Made by a program: the position numbers and the translations under genes. Of a stretch of 64,000 nt of DNA, positions 16,510 to 30,810 are shown in pieces (the stretch's first letter is position 1; each line of letters opens with the position of its first letter). The notes beneath the pieces were generated by a model. That model was not told where the DNA came from. It saw only the letters and a program-made list of their open reading frames with translations, and searched no databases. The stretch is from Dictyostelium discoideum (taxonomy: Eukaryota), in the NCBI GenBank assembly GCA_000004695.1, contig CM000151.3, forward strand, positions 1,248,001 to 1,312,000. Direction: 5' to 3'.

Positions 16510-19500
16510 TTATTTAAGTTTTCTTCTAATTTTTTTATTTTTTCCATTATATAATAAAAAAATGGAAATTATTGAGAGTAAAGCAAAAGAGAAAGTGATA
16601 ATGGTTATTATTAAACCTTCATTAAAGAGTGATTTTGATTGTAATAAATTTGAGTTGGCAGTGATTAAAATCACCACTTGTAATAAATTGATAATATTAT
16701 TAAAATCTCTTAAATATTTCCATTTGATTGGATTAATTAACAAAGAAATTATTGTATAAAAGATTTGAATTAATAGAATGATTGGAATGTAATATTGTGC
16801 TTTAAATAATAAAACTATTGATAAAACACAAATAATAATTGATCTGGAGTTTATGACAATTGGAAACCATTTAAAGTTTGTTCTGTATTCTAATTGATAT
16901 TGTTGAATCTTTAATAGAGATTCTGTAATTCTATTTTTAAATATTCGATTACCACCAATTTTAAATTTAGACAATAATAATATTAATTGCATAAATAAAA
17001 CAATGGCTAAAATTATAAAGATTAAAATTGCAATTAAAATACAAGCTTGATTTGAATTTGATTGAAAATCAATTGAAAAATCTACTGCTAAATAATTTTC
17101 ACTACCAACTTGTTTTGAAATTACTAATGACATTGCATTGAATGCTAATGGAATTACAAATAATTGAAATAACGACCAAATGGATTTCCAATAATAAATT
17201 GATCTATGCTTAATTTTTCCTTCTAAAATTTTAATTATGTAATTTGGATATTTTGCTATTGGTTGTTGTTGTTGTTGTAGTGGAGTTATATTTCTATCAT
17301 TAATTAACAATGATAAATTTCTATTATCTTTTCTTGTTGAAATTTTTTTATAAATTTTAATTATAATTGAAGGTGTAATATCAGTTGAACCAATTAAAAA
17401 TAATGAAATTATAATTGAAAATGATAAAAAGCTTTTGAAATTATAATTTAAACCCTCCCATAGACAATAACCATCTAACATATCTACTGACATTCTGAAT
17501 AATGGTAAAATGTAAATACCACTATATGAAAAGAATACTACTGAATTAATTTGAAGGAATATTATAATTTGACTAATTGGTATTCTAAAACTATTATGTT
17601 TAATTAACGATAATACTAATGCAAATATTAAATGGAATACTAAAATTGGTATTAAAAGTATTGGTTTGAAATGTGAACAACATCTTATACCATTCTTTGT
17701 TTGAACTAAATTACCATACTCATCTTTACAACTAAAGCATAAATTACCAAAACTTGAATTTGATGTACAAAGATTATAAGAAAGACACATATCCAATGGA
17801 CATTGTTCAACCATTGAAACATCATTATTCACTAAATAATAACCATCAATTGCAAATACAGTTGATGCCAAACAATTCATTATATTTGTATTACATGGAT
17901 AACATTTTCCTAACAATTGACTAAGGGCGTAGTTATTTGGACAATAGGTACACATTTCACTCGTTGTATTATAGAATTGATATGGCGAACAACCATCAAC
18001 ATAAACTTTTGCAAGCACTGGTGTTGGACTATTCACACCAATTAAATATTCATCATTAATACTACCAATGAATTCAAATGTGAATTTACCCATTCCAGCA
18101 TTAACATTATTTGTAACATTCATCAAATGATTGGTTGATGTTCTATTAACATAAATAGTAAGTATTGAAGAGAATGGAGTAAACAAATTACCATAATAAT
18201 CTACAAATTGATATTCAATTATTGATGAACCATCATCAACAACTTGACTAATTGGATTTGAAAGTTGTGGATTTTTCATCATATCTATTTAATAATAATA
18301 TTAGTATTTATTTTATTATTATTATTATTATTTTTTTTCAAAAAAAAAATAAAACTTACTTGATGAAAAGTTTGGACCACAAAATGCAGTATTGCCAATA
18401 AAAAAATTAGAGTTAAGAACTTTGGTCATATTTTCATTGAAAGGAGAATCTGTTGTATATACAACACCGCCTTGTTGTAAAGCTCGATTATTTATAAAAG
18501 AATTATTTTCTATTTTAGATAATGGGTTATTTAGAGACTGGGGAGAGTTGAAATAAAGTACACCACCATAGATACCAAAGTTTGTAGTCAAAAGAGATTG
18601 TACAATAACAAACCATTGAAAACTATCATCTATTAAGTAGTCTGGGAAAAATGATAATATTGCACCCGTTCCATTTTCAAAAAAATTTGAATCTATTGAA
18701 CAACCATAAATTGTTATATTTGAATTTATGACCAATATTAAACCCTTACCATTACCTTGATTTCCATTAAAATAAGTTAAAGAAATTGAAACTTCTGAAC
18801 TTTTAGATTCAATTAAATAGTTGGATTCTGAATATAAACTTATATCACTTTGAATGGTATTTGAAGTGAATTGTGAATTTTGAATATTAACACTACCACT
18901 ACAACTACTACTACCGCTACTACTGCCGCTACTACTGCCACTACAACTACCACTACTACCACCACCAACACCACTTCCAGTATTACTATAACTATTACTA
19001 TAACTATTACTATTACTATTGTTACTATTATATTTACTAAAGACACAATCATAAAAAGTTAAAAATGTAGTACCAATTTGATTATTTCTAATATTAAAGT
19101 TTTTGATTAATACATTGGAAACTTGAGTTAATGATATAAAACCACCTAATCCATCAAATTGATTGTAAGGACATAATAGCATTGGAACATGAACTATTAA
19201 ATTATTGCCAAATTCGAAAGTATCGATTTCAAATGTTTCAGCATTAAAAGAACTAATGAAAAATTGAGTGAAATAATTATTATTGATAAATATTTGATTT
19301 AAAATAATGGTTTTGGTACTATCTGAACTTAAAAGATAGTTAATTGGTAGTCTACTATCATAGAATTCGAGAAATGAAATTGAAATCAATTGATCATCTT
19401 TACTATTTATAAATGAACCTGTATTATTTGAATAAAGAGTTTCAACGAATTCTATGGTCGAATTTACACTTTTAATCAATGGATTAAATGAATTTCCGTT

Positions 19501-21174
19501 GAATTGAGTTTGAGTGATATTTAAAATTGAACCATTTAAAGTAAACATTTGATAACTTAAACCATGATTACCATCAAATACTGAACTTGCAATGAAAATA
19601 TAATCATCTACTGATGTTATCAATTGACTTTGTGTAAAACTTTGAGAAACATTAACAATATTCATGGAGATCTTTGACCGTGATGAATTGAATAGTTGTT
19701 GACTAACCAATAGAAAGTTAGTCTCACTAATATAAACCAATGAACTCTCTGATTGAATTAAAGATGATGAACTAATTCTACAATTGTTAAATAGTGTAGA
19801 ATATATCTCCAATATCGAGTCATCAGCAACGGTAATTATCGGCTGACTGGTTTGAAGGTCAATAAATTTTGAATTGTTATCAATTAACACAGAGGAATTC
19901 TTCACAGCCATCACTATTGGTACTGCGCTATCAAAGAAATTAGATTGTGATATTGTTATTGAACTTTGTTCGAAATAGAAAAGTTGATTAATTTTACCAA
20001 ATGGATTTGAAATGAAATCACTTGATATAATATTAACTATGCTCCCTTGATAGCCATTTATGAATGAATCACTACCTATTGATATCATTGTTACAAATTC
20101 GAAATTAACAATTGAATTTCTGAACTCAAATGAACCTTCAATAGATTCCAAGAAAATATTAGAGAATTCAATACTACTCGACATTTCGAAACTATTTTCA
20201 TCTTTTGGCATCGACAAAAACTTTTGAATTATATTATTTTGTGTAGAGTTAATTGATAGATTTGAAATTTCAATATTTGATGAATTACGTGCTTCTAACA
20301 TTGTCTCAAAAATACAATTTGTAAAAATTAAATCACTGATTACTAAATTTGTATTCTCCATTGTAAACATTGATGGTGAAACGCAATTATCAAATTCCAC
20401 CAACTCCAATGATATTGTTATATTTCCACCATAGGATGTCGATGCAAACATTGACTCATATTTATGAAATCCTATCATTCTAATATTATACAATATAATC
20501 AATACATCTTGCTCAATATCAAGTGAAACTATTAATGAAAGTGCGCCATATTTAGGATTGGCTCTAAATTCTGAATTTAGAATAGTAATTTTTGAGCCAT
20601 TTTCATTGAATAACTCTTTATCTATATTAATAATGCCAACACTATTATAATATTCTGACCATAATTTTAGGTCATTTTGATTAAATAATATATTTTCAAA
20701 TTTACTATTATCTGCTACTGTAAATAGTACAGTTTCTTGCCATATTGAATTTTTAACATTTATATCACTAAATCCCATTTGAAAGAAACTTCCCATTACT
20801 TTAGAATCTATAATTTCTACTCTACCACCACCACCACTACTAGCGAATTTCGGATTTGAATTGAAATTAATTGATACTTGTTTTAATGTTGATTTTTGAA
20901 AATATAGTAAACTATCCTCTATCATATATTTTTGATCATAGATTGATGATATCATTGTTGAATTTATTAATTTAATCACTGAATTTGAAATTATACTATA
21001 TATATTATATTTATCCTTGAAAATTATATAAGCATTATCTATAATATTCATTTCACTATTACTTATATTCCAACTACCATAAAATGTTATAAAAGGTCCT
21101 TGAATATAAAATTTTGAATTTATTATTTTAAATGAATTATAAATTGAAACTTTTTGTTCTCCTTCTTCTTCTTC

Positions 21175-21254
<80 letters not shown>

Positions 21255-21397
21255 CTTTACTACTGCTACTATTACTTATATATGGTTTGAATGTAACATT
21301 TTTACAATTTAAAATTAAAAATTGATAACAATTTGTATCATTGTATATACCATATCCTATATTTACTATTATTATAGATGTAGCTATATTATTATTA

Positions 21398-21435
<38 letters not shown>

Positions 21436-21657
21436 ATTATTAAGTATTGATTCTATTTGACAAATGCTATTGTATGGATTTATAATTGTTCCATTACCAT
21501 TATTTTGATTGTTTGAATTTATGTAAATATTTATTATATTATTATCTTCATATTGGTTAATATTATTATTATTATTATTAATATTTTGTGAACAAACGTT
21601 ATTTAAAAAAATAAAAATTAAAAAAATAAAAGTTAATGAATATTTATATATTTTCAT
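16510..21657 (-). CDS. Large secreted and multi-pass membrane protein: signal peptide, long Pmp-like (GGA[IV], FxxN) beta-helix-type N/S-rich ectodomain, GCC2/GCC3-like Cys-rich module, then 7-9 TM helices. Two exons: 21657..18360 and 18284..16510.
   Basis: It starts MKIYKYSLTFIFLIFIFLNNVCSQ (signal peptide). The ectodomain has repeats such as GTGAILSF, GGVLYF, FINNRALQQGGVVY and FIGNTAF. Intron 18359..18285 (GTAAGT..AAATAG) joins ..GPNFSS|NMMKNPQLSNP in phase 1. The Cys-rich region is CSPYQFYNTTSEMCTYCPNNYALSQLLGKCYPCNTN..CKDEYGN..C. The C-terminus has several hydrophobic helices. An (AAAT)17 array sits in the 5' leader. The family assignment is a hedged inference. Confidence 0.7.
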
Positions 21658-21680
21658 TGTGTGTAGGTATTATTGTTACT

Positions 21681-21682
21681 AT

Positions 21683-21749
<67 letters not shown>

Positions 21750-21753
21750 TTTT
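21681..21753. repeat. (TTTA)n array of about 18 units immediately 5' of the large membrane-protein gene's ATG
   Basis: Direct reading. Confidence 0.9.
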
Positions 21754-22770
21754 ACAGGCAATCATCTTAATTATTTTTTTTTAAAAATAAAAAATTGTAA
21801 AAAAAAAAAAAATCACTGGAAAAATCTTTGGGAAATATCTTTTCTTTAAAATTTGAAATAATTGAAAAAAAAAAAAAAAAGAAGACCGAATTTTCTTTTA
21901 AGATAATAATGGATATTTTTTAAAATTTTATTTCACACGTCATTAAATTAAAAATAAAAAATAAAAAAATAAAAATTAAAATTAATAGCGCCCACAATAA
22001 ATCATTTTGATTTATTTTAATTTAAATTATACATTTTGGGTATACCAAAAATAAATTTATTATTTGAAAAAAAATTCATTTAAATGATTAACTATGTCTA
22101 AAAACTTGGTAATCATAATTCTCAATACATGTTAAAAATTATCTAGGAACAGAATAAAGAGATTAAAGATTTCCATAATAGTTTTTGATTAAAAAAAAAT
22201 AATAAATTATTATGATTTTTTTTTTTTTTTTTTTTTTGTCAATAAATTTTAATAATTTTGTTTTATTACATTTAAAATATATATATATAATTCAATAGAT
22301 TGATTATTTTTGTGTAAAAAGATCTGTTTTCAAGATTTATATTAAGATTTCCCACTATTTATGTTTTTAATAATAATAATAATTGTATGGCTACATCTGT
22401 AATAATTTTTTTTTTTTGTCATGGTGGGTGAGCTAGTGGTTGTGTTGAAATTTTTGGTGAAATTATTATTTATTTATGTGCATATCTAAATACAAATTTG
22501 TTTTATTTTGTTTTACTACTCACCATAACTTAAATTGTTCCCATTTTGAGTTTTTTTTTTTTTTTTTTTTTTGGACAACACTAAGCCCAGATTGAATCTT
22601 TCTGTGTTTATCAGAATATATTCCTAATTTTATTTATTTTACAAATATTAAAAATTAAATATATTTATGTTTTTGTTTCATATAAAAAGAATATTTTTTT
22701 GTTTTTTTTTTCAATAAATAAAAATTATCAAAACAAATTACTAAATATACAAAAAAAAAAAAAAAAAAAA

Positions 22771-23085
22771 ATGCCAATTTTAGGTAAATAATATAAAAAA
22801 AATATAATAAAATGTTTAAAATTTTTAAAAAGTAATAATAATTTTATTAATTTATTTTTTTTTTTATTTTTTTTTTTAATCCAAATTTTAAATATTAACA
22901 ATTCAGGATCCATAAGCACATTTTCACAATTTAATGTAAAGAAAAGTAAAAATGATTCAATTTCATCATTTTTAAAATCTAATGTTGGGTATTCAAATTC
23001 AATGGTTAGTGAAATAGATGGTAGATTCGATAATCTTCCTATTATTATCCAAAAACCACCAAATAAACCAAATGCTTACATTTAA
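22771..23085 (+). CDS. Hypothetical small protein (63 aa), two exons: 22771..22783 and 22907..23085
   Basis: AAAAAATGCCAATTTTAG|GTAAAT..(T-rich)..ATTCAG|GATCC gives MPILG|SISTFSQFNVKKSKNDSISSFLKSNVGYSNSMVSEIDGRFDNLPIIIQKPPNKPNAYI*. The donor is canonical, the acceptor has a polypyrimidine tract, and the exon is less AT-rich than its surroundings. I could not assign a family. Confidence 0.4.
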
Positions 23086-23353
23086 TCAAGAAAACAAGAT
23101 TTTATTTTGAATTTAAAAATAAAATTATTTCTTTAAGTTTTCTTTTTGTTCATCAAATTTATTTTAATAAAATATTTTATTTTAAAATCCATTTTTATTG
23201 CTTACAATTAAAAATAAAAAATATATAAAGAGATAAAATAGAAATAAAAAAAACTAATAAATAAAAGAAAGGATCCAACACATTTTAAAAGTTTTTTATT
23301 TTTTTTTATTTTTATGTTTAAAAAAATATTAATTTATTAAATTTTAAAGGTTA

Positions 23354-26300
23354 TTAATCCCAAGAACTATTGTTATTGTTATTTTGACCCCATTGATTTT
23401 GTTGTTGTGGTGGTACATTCCATGGTTGATTTGGTGGTCTGTTAAATTGTTGTTGTTGTTGTGGTTGTTGTGGCATTTGGCCATATGGTTGTTGTTGTTG
23501 GCCATATGGTCCTTGTTGTTGTTGTTGTGGTGGACCCCATTGATTTGGAGGTCTGTTATATTGTTGTTGTTGCTGATATTGTTGTTGTGGTGGCATTTGT
23601 CCATATGGTTGTTGTTGTGGTGGTCTTTGTTGATATTGTTGTGGTTGTTGTTGTTGGTATTGATTGTCGTTCCAACTTTGTGGTCTTTGTGGTGGTTGTT
23701 GTTGTTGATATGGATTATATTGTTGTTGTTGTTGTTGTGGTTGCTGTTGTTGTGGTGGTTGTTGTTGATATGGCTGTTGTTGTTGTTGTTGTTGTTGTGG
23801 TGGTTGTTGATAAGGTGGTCTACCTTGAGAGTATGGTTGTTGTTGTGGCATTTGCCCATATGGTTGGTTTGGTTGTGGTTGTTGTTGGTAAACTGATTGA
23901 GGTGGTGGTTGTTGATATTGATTTGGTTGTTGTTGTTGATATTGATTTGGTTGTTGTTGTTGATGTTGAGGTCTTTGTGGTGGTTGTTGAGTTGATTGTT
24001 GGAATTGTTGATGTTGTGATCTTTGTTGAGACATATTATTATTATTATTAGAATTATTATTAGAATTATTACTACTATTTTTAATATTATTATTATTATT
24101 ATTTGAAACAGAACGTGAAGAAGTATTTGAAGGTAATCTTTGATTTGATGTATTATTATTATTATTATTACTTGATGAACCACTACTACTACTACTACTA
24201 CTACCTGGTTGTAATAATTGAGCATAATTTCTTTTAAAATATTTAATTAATTCATAATAAGTTGGATAAAGTTTTTTTCTTAAGATAAAGCCATCAGCTT
24301 TAACTAAAACAGGTTCATGTCTTGGAGTATTTGAAGGTACATGATAGAGTGTAAGGAAACCTGGATGTTCGAAATCATAACCGAAATAATAAGGAATCGT
24401 TTTTGGATTCTTTTTCTTTTCTTCTCTAATTAGATCATCAACATCTGAACGATTACCATCCTTCCAATGGGCAGTATTTGATTTGACTTCATTGAGATTG
24501 TTTATTAAATATTCTACATGTCTAGCCAAGATTTCATCCAATGAATCATATTTTACATCACCCATATAGAAAGATTTACCTAAACTTACTGCATTTGGTT
24601 TATCGGCTTCTTTAATGTCATGATGTAAGAATATACTATCGGCAAATTTGAAGGTAGCAGTGATATGATCATGACCTTTACTTGATGGACGTAATAAAAC
24701 ATCACCAATTGGTTTATCACTTAAATAGGTTTCAGCCTCTAAACAACTAAAGTCATGCCATAATGGATGAACCACGGTTCTTTTTATTCTTCTTTCTCTC
24801 TTTGGTTTTCTCTTTGTTTGTTCTACTGGTGGAGCAACCTCTTCAAGACGTAAATATTGATTAGCACCATTCTCTTTCAATTCACGGAAAATAGTTTCCT
24901 CCCAGAAACTTGGATTAAGATCCGATGGTTTACAAGATAATGAAACGGTGAATTGATATTTATCAACACCCATCACTCTACAATTGATAGTGACACCTCT
25001 ACCTAAAGATTTAGTTTCCCCATTGTCACTGATACAATCGGTTGGAATGGAACCTTCTAAACCATTATCCAATCTACATTTGACTGAATTATCAAAGGTA
25101 CGAATAGTGGTTACAGTTACGAGGGTACCTCTTCTTAATGATTGATTGGTTTCACCTGTTAACCATTCAAAGATTGTATCGGCCGATGGCTCTTCATATG
25201 GATGTCTAATATCGGCGAATGGATTTGTCAACTCTTTCTTTATGAAATATAATAACTTTCTAGCTGGACGATCCTCATGTGACTCGATGATATCAGCAAA
25301 ACCATCCAAATCTAAACGATCCAATTTCTTTGGTCTCTTTATGATATCTTCAATGTAGGAATGGAAATTTCTTTCATCTAAATTCTTATCCAATGCTTCG
25401 GCTGCGATACGATAAGTGATTGGATAAGAGGTTGGATGAATTCTTGTGTCATCCAATAGATCAGCTTTATAGTCTGCTGCATGTCTTTCACGAATTTGAA
25501 TGAAACCAATACAATTTCTATAGATGACATCTTGACTCAACACCTTCTCCAATGATTGTCTGCTAGTGACAAAACCACCACGACGGAATAAAGAATTTAA
25601 TAACATTTGAGCCTTTCTTGAACCCAAACCACTGACAAATTGTAAAGTAGCCGATGTGAATCTACATTGAATCATACGATTGATATCTACACCCACTGCA
25701 TTGACGACATTAATGAAACAACGATGTAATAATTTCACCAAATAATCCTTACCAATCATATCTTGAAGTGGATGTAACTTTAGGAATAGGATCTCGTTAT
25801 GATCGTTGCACAATGATGCATACTCTGTGATTGGATCCAATGCACAACGACCCACAGCAATTGTGTGTCTAAGAATTGGTGGATACTCTTTAAACTCTTC
25901 TTGTAATCTTGATGAGGTTTGTAATGATAAACCAATCTCTGGACTATAATAATTCAAGAGTACACTCTTTCTAATGATACGTCTCTCACCATTGGACCAA
26001 CGTTGAAGATGATCTTTCACCTCTTCATAGAGACGTTTACTATCCATCTCTGTTGCACTTACCAACACCAAACGTGGTTGATACTCTTGACAAATCTCCT
26101 CCAATCTCTTTATATCCTTTTCTTTCTTCTCTTTTAATGACTCACCTAAACGATCACAAATGAAATCCAATTTAATATGTGACAATACTTCACCATCTGA
26201 ATTTAAAACTGCACCCATAGTTGGAATTTTATCTGAACCCCAACAAAGTGATAAAATTTTAAATGGTATTGGATTACCATCTCTATCGTAATCAACTTCT

Positions 26301-28784
26301 TCATCATCATCTTCATCTTCGTCATCATCATTACTATAACCGTTATTTGCTCTTGAACCACCAAATAGTACACTTGAATTTGAATGACCAATACCACTAG
26401 ACGAAGAAACTGGTCTCCAAGGTGCAACACGAATTTTGTCTTCCAATTTCTTTGCACATTCAAAAGCCACACGATTACTTGCTTCGGTTAATAATTTATT
26501 TCTTAATTCTTTCTCTAAAACTGGATAAAGGAATTTATTTAATGCTTCACGAATGATAAGTTTTCTTTGTTCATTCCATTGTTGAGTGATTGCTGATGTA
26601 CCATCACTTAGATACAATGATTCCATCTCTGGAATGATGACGGAATTATGAGTTTTCTCGGTGATTGCCATAGTGGATTTGATGAAACCTTCCTTCTCTG
26701 CTTTGAGAATCAAAAGATATTGAGAGTCTTCAAAGAGATGAGCTGGTTTCTCTTGAATACTTTTCACTGTGAAATAAGGATGGAAAACATCAATCTCTTT
26801 GAACCCTTTCAAAGTGGGTGTGGTTGTAATATGTGCATACTTTCTATAGATCATTCTAACCGAGTAACGTACATGTGGATCATATCCAATCTCTTGTGCC
26901 ATCATATAACGAGTTGCTTGTAAAACACGATCTTTATTATCAGCCTCCAAACAAATGTGAACCAATGCCATTGTCGATGGTTCTGCCATTTGGTCTCTAG
27001 GTTTGTTGGTTGTATAATTATCCATTAAATTTTGACCAAATTCTTGTGCTGTCATACCAAAATTTGGTAAAAATTTTGATAACCCTGCTTTAGTATAAAT
27101 TGTATAAAGATCTCTCTTGATTGCTTTCTTTTGTCTACTTAAACCACCAACTGTATTACCTTGAGTTGCACTACTACCACCCTCTTTATCATCATAACCA
27201 TCGCCACCACTGCCTAATGATGAACTACCATTTAAAAGATTAGTATTCTTTTGAATACCATTTATCATTTGAAAAAGATCATAAAGATCAGAGATACTCT
27301 CTTCGGAACGACTCTCCAATAGAACCGATTTATAAGGCTCCAATTGTTGATTGTTTGAACCGATTTGCTCTAAATTTCTTTTATTCACCTTCATATGAGC
27401 CCATTTCTCGTCGAGATCAAATATATTCCAAAGTTCTTGAAGGGTGAAATAAGGTTCATAGATGTCCTTTTCATAGGTGTAGATGAATGGTATCTCCAAG
27501 AGATCACGTTGAATGAATTGTAATATCTTAAAGATCGCTGTGATTGCCTTTGCGTCTCTAACAGGTTCAGTATTTGGATTTCTTTGTTGCTGTTGTTGGA
27601 AATCACGTTGTTCAAATGCAACTTCATAAATCCATTCAGCTTCTTCTTCACAAGCCATCTCACCTGCATATTGTGTACCCTTTCTACTTTGTAATCTCTC
27701 TGGTACATTCTTATTACGAATTTCCTCATCAGCATCTGTAAAATGTTTCTCTTCCAATAATGATGGTTCGTATTGTTCTCTGATCGCTGCTAATCTATCC
27801 TTGGCTCTATCAGCTTCGGTTTTATTTATACCTGAATCCTCCTCTTCCTCTCCACTACCATATCCTTCTTCCTCATCATCATCGAAAATATCACTCATAA
27901 TTCTAGAACGATTAGAACTCTCATAGCTCATACGTTCACGCTCATGACTCCTCTTTACTGGTTTACCATGTGAATCAACTACAAATCCATCATCCTCTTG
28001 TTCACCATTATATCCATCCTCTACATCATCTTCTTTATCTGATAAATCTAATTATTATTATATTAAAATTAATATATATTATATTATACTTTTGTTTTTT
28101 TTTTATATTATTTACCTTTATTTGAAGCTCTTAATTTCTTTAAACGTTGTAAACCACCTTTTTCACGTTTTCTTCTCTCTTCACGTCTTTTTCTTCTTCT
28201 TTCTCTTCTAGCTTGTGCAACTTCTTCGTCCTCTTCAGATTCAGATTCAGATTCACTTCCATCTGATCCATCATCACCATCTTCATCACCATCAATATCT
28301 TCATCAAGATGATTATTGGTTCGTTTTGGGCTACTACTATTACGGCCACCACTACCACCACTACCTCCACTACCACTACCACCACCACCACCACGATCCT
28401 CCTCCTCTTCTTCTTCATTATCATCTTCATTATCGCTATTTGATGATGATTTCTTTCTTTTTTCTTTTTTCTTTCTTTTTCGACGTTCATCGTCATCACC
28501 ACCAACCACGAAATCATCATATTGATACTGATTTGGTTCATTTTCATCCTCCTCACTACTATCATGATATTCCTCTAGTTCTGATGATTCATCATCTTTA
28601 TTTTTATTTAAATTCTTGAATTTCTTTTTTGGATGAATATTTTCTTCATTTTCAATTTCATCATCACTATAATTTTCTAGATTTTATTTAATTTTTTTAT
28701 TTAATTTTTTAATTTAATTTAATAAATTTGTATTTCTTATGTTTTATATTGAAAAAAAAATAATAAATACATACTTGAACTCAT
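23354..28784 (-). CDS. spt6: Transcription elongation factor SPT6, three exons: 28784..28775, 28676..28116, 28047..23354
   Basis: The first coding exon is a 10-nt micro-exon, ATGAGTTCAA, with a GTATGT donor. Exon 2 encodes the acidic N-terminus (..ENEPNQYQYDDFVVGGDDDERRKRKKKEK..SESESEEDEE); the ORF-track M at 28509 is a GTG. Intron 2 (28115..28048, GTAAAT..AATTAG) joins ..RASNK|D|LSDKEDD.. in frame to the 1525-aa body. The body has YqgF/HhH/S1-like regions and a C-terminal SH2 domain (HPLWHDFSCLEAETYLSDKPIGDVLLRPSSKGHDHITATFKF). The Q/P/N-rich tail comes from (CAA/CCA)n. Confidence 0.85.
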
Positions 28785-29151
28785 TTATGATTTCTATATA
28801 TAAAATGTATATAATATGTATTTATTGTGTAATGAGCTGTGTTAATATCTCCTATATAATTAAAATATTGTTGAATATAGGTGATTTAAAAAAAAAAAAA
28901 AAAAGAAAAAAATAAAAATAAAAAAAGTTGAAACTATTTATTTTTTATTTTTTTTATTTTTTATTTTTTTTTTTTTTATTATTAACTATTTTTATAAAAT
29001 TTTTTTTTTTTTTTTTTTTTTTTGTTTTGATTTTTATATGGTAAAAAGAATAAATAAAAGACTAGTTCAAATAAAAAAATTATATTTAGTATGCAACTGA
29101 AGCCTATTTGAATTCAAAAAATTGAAAAAAATTAAAAAAAAAATTTAAAAA

Positions 29152-29184
<33 letters not shown>

Positions 29185-30286
29185 TGAAAAAAAAAAAAAT
29201 AAAAATAAAAATGAAAATAAAAAAAGAGAATGAACATGAGAAAAAAAAAAAAAAATTAATTAAAAAATAAAAAAAAGAAATCTGATGATTTTAAAAAAAA
29301 TAAAAAAAAGATAAAAAAAGAGAAATCATTTTTCTTTTTTTATTTTTACTTTTCTTTTTATTTTTTATTTTTTTTTTATTTTTCTTTTTATTTTTTTTAT
29401 TTTTTATTTTTTTTTTTATTTTTTTCTTTTTATTTTATTTTTTTTTTTTTTATCGTTCAGCACCGAATCGATATTTTTAACCCCACTTTGGAATTGAAAT
29501 AATTTTTTTTTTTCTTTTATCATTATTACCGTTTTGGTTTTGGATTTCCAATTTTTTCCTTTTTCTTTTTATTTTTCCATTTTTTTTTTTAAAAAAAATA
29601 TTATTTTCCTTTATTTTTAATTAAAGTGTATTTATTTAGAATTTAAATTAAAACTAAAACTAGTTTTTATTTTAATTTATTTTTAATAATTAAATAAAAT
29701 TTTAACTTATCTTTCAAAATATTTATTTATTTTTAAAAAAAAGAGAGGGAGACTTGTGAACTTCCAATTTTTTCCTTTTTCTTTTTTTTCTTTTTTTTTT
29801 TGCTTTTTTTTTTCTTTTCAAATTTTTTTTTTAGTTTTTTCAAAGTAACAATTTGTTCGTGTGGTCAATTCTAAAAAAAGGTAAAAAACAGTGTTTAAAA
29901 CAATAGTTTATAACTTGTTAATTTGGTGTTACAATAATCTTTAAAATTTTTAAAATTTTAAAATAAAATTTTTTTTTAATAAAGACGACCATAATTGGGG
30001 GTGGAGGGGGGAAATTAATTATAATAATTTTTGTGATAAATTTGGATATTATCTATTTATATCACTTTAGGAAAAGAAATAAAAATAAAATAAAAATAAA
30101 CTAAAACTAGTTAAACAATTTTTTTTTTTTTTGATTTATTTCTTTTTATTTTTTTTTTTTTATTTTTTTTCCATATTATTTTGTCTTGCAAGTAATAACT
30201 TTTTTTTTTTTTTTATTTTTTTATTTTTTTTTTTATTTTGTTTTCATTCTATTTACGGGGAGTTATAATGATTTTAAAATTAAAAA

Positions 30287-30322
<36 letters not shown>

Positions 30323-30810
30323 TTTTTTTTTATTTTATTTTTTTTTTATTTTTTTTGAATTCAAATAAAAATTTTTTTTTTTTATTTTTTTTTTTTTTAT
30401 TTTTTTTTTTTTTTTATTTTATTTTTTTTTTTTTTTATTTTTTTTTTTTTTTTTTTTAAATTTTCATTTTATAGAGCGTGTGTTTATTGTGGTGGGTTTA
30501 TTATTATTATAAATTTTTATTATTATTCTTATTTTTTTTTTTTAAAAAATTATACGAATATTTATATATTAACATCATATCTTTATTTTTTTCTTTCTTT
30601 CGTTTTTTTTTTTTCTATTATAAAAATAATTTGACACAGGGTTTTTTTATTTTTTTTTTTTTTTTTTTAAAAAAATATATTTCATAAAAATTCAAAAATA
30701 ACTCAAGAGAAGAGAATAAAATTTCAAATATTTAAATAACTTTAACAGAAATCAAAAAAAAAGTAATTGTAAAAAGAGTAGTATCAATATAGAATATAAA
30801 TAAAAACAAA

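Noticed and set aside
23344-24225. Antisense and out-of-frame ORFs inside SPT6 (23344..24225, 23384..23896, 23461..24051, 25146..25358, 26203..26472, 26648..26923, 27391..27735, 28140..28619)
   Set aside because: They overlap the well-supported SPT6 reading frame. They are low-complexity H/N/L/V-rich products of (CAA)n, (GTT)n and (GAA)n repeats.
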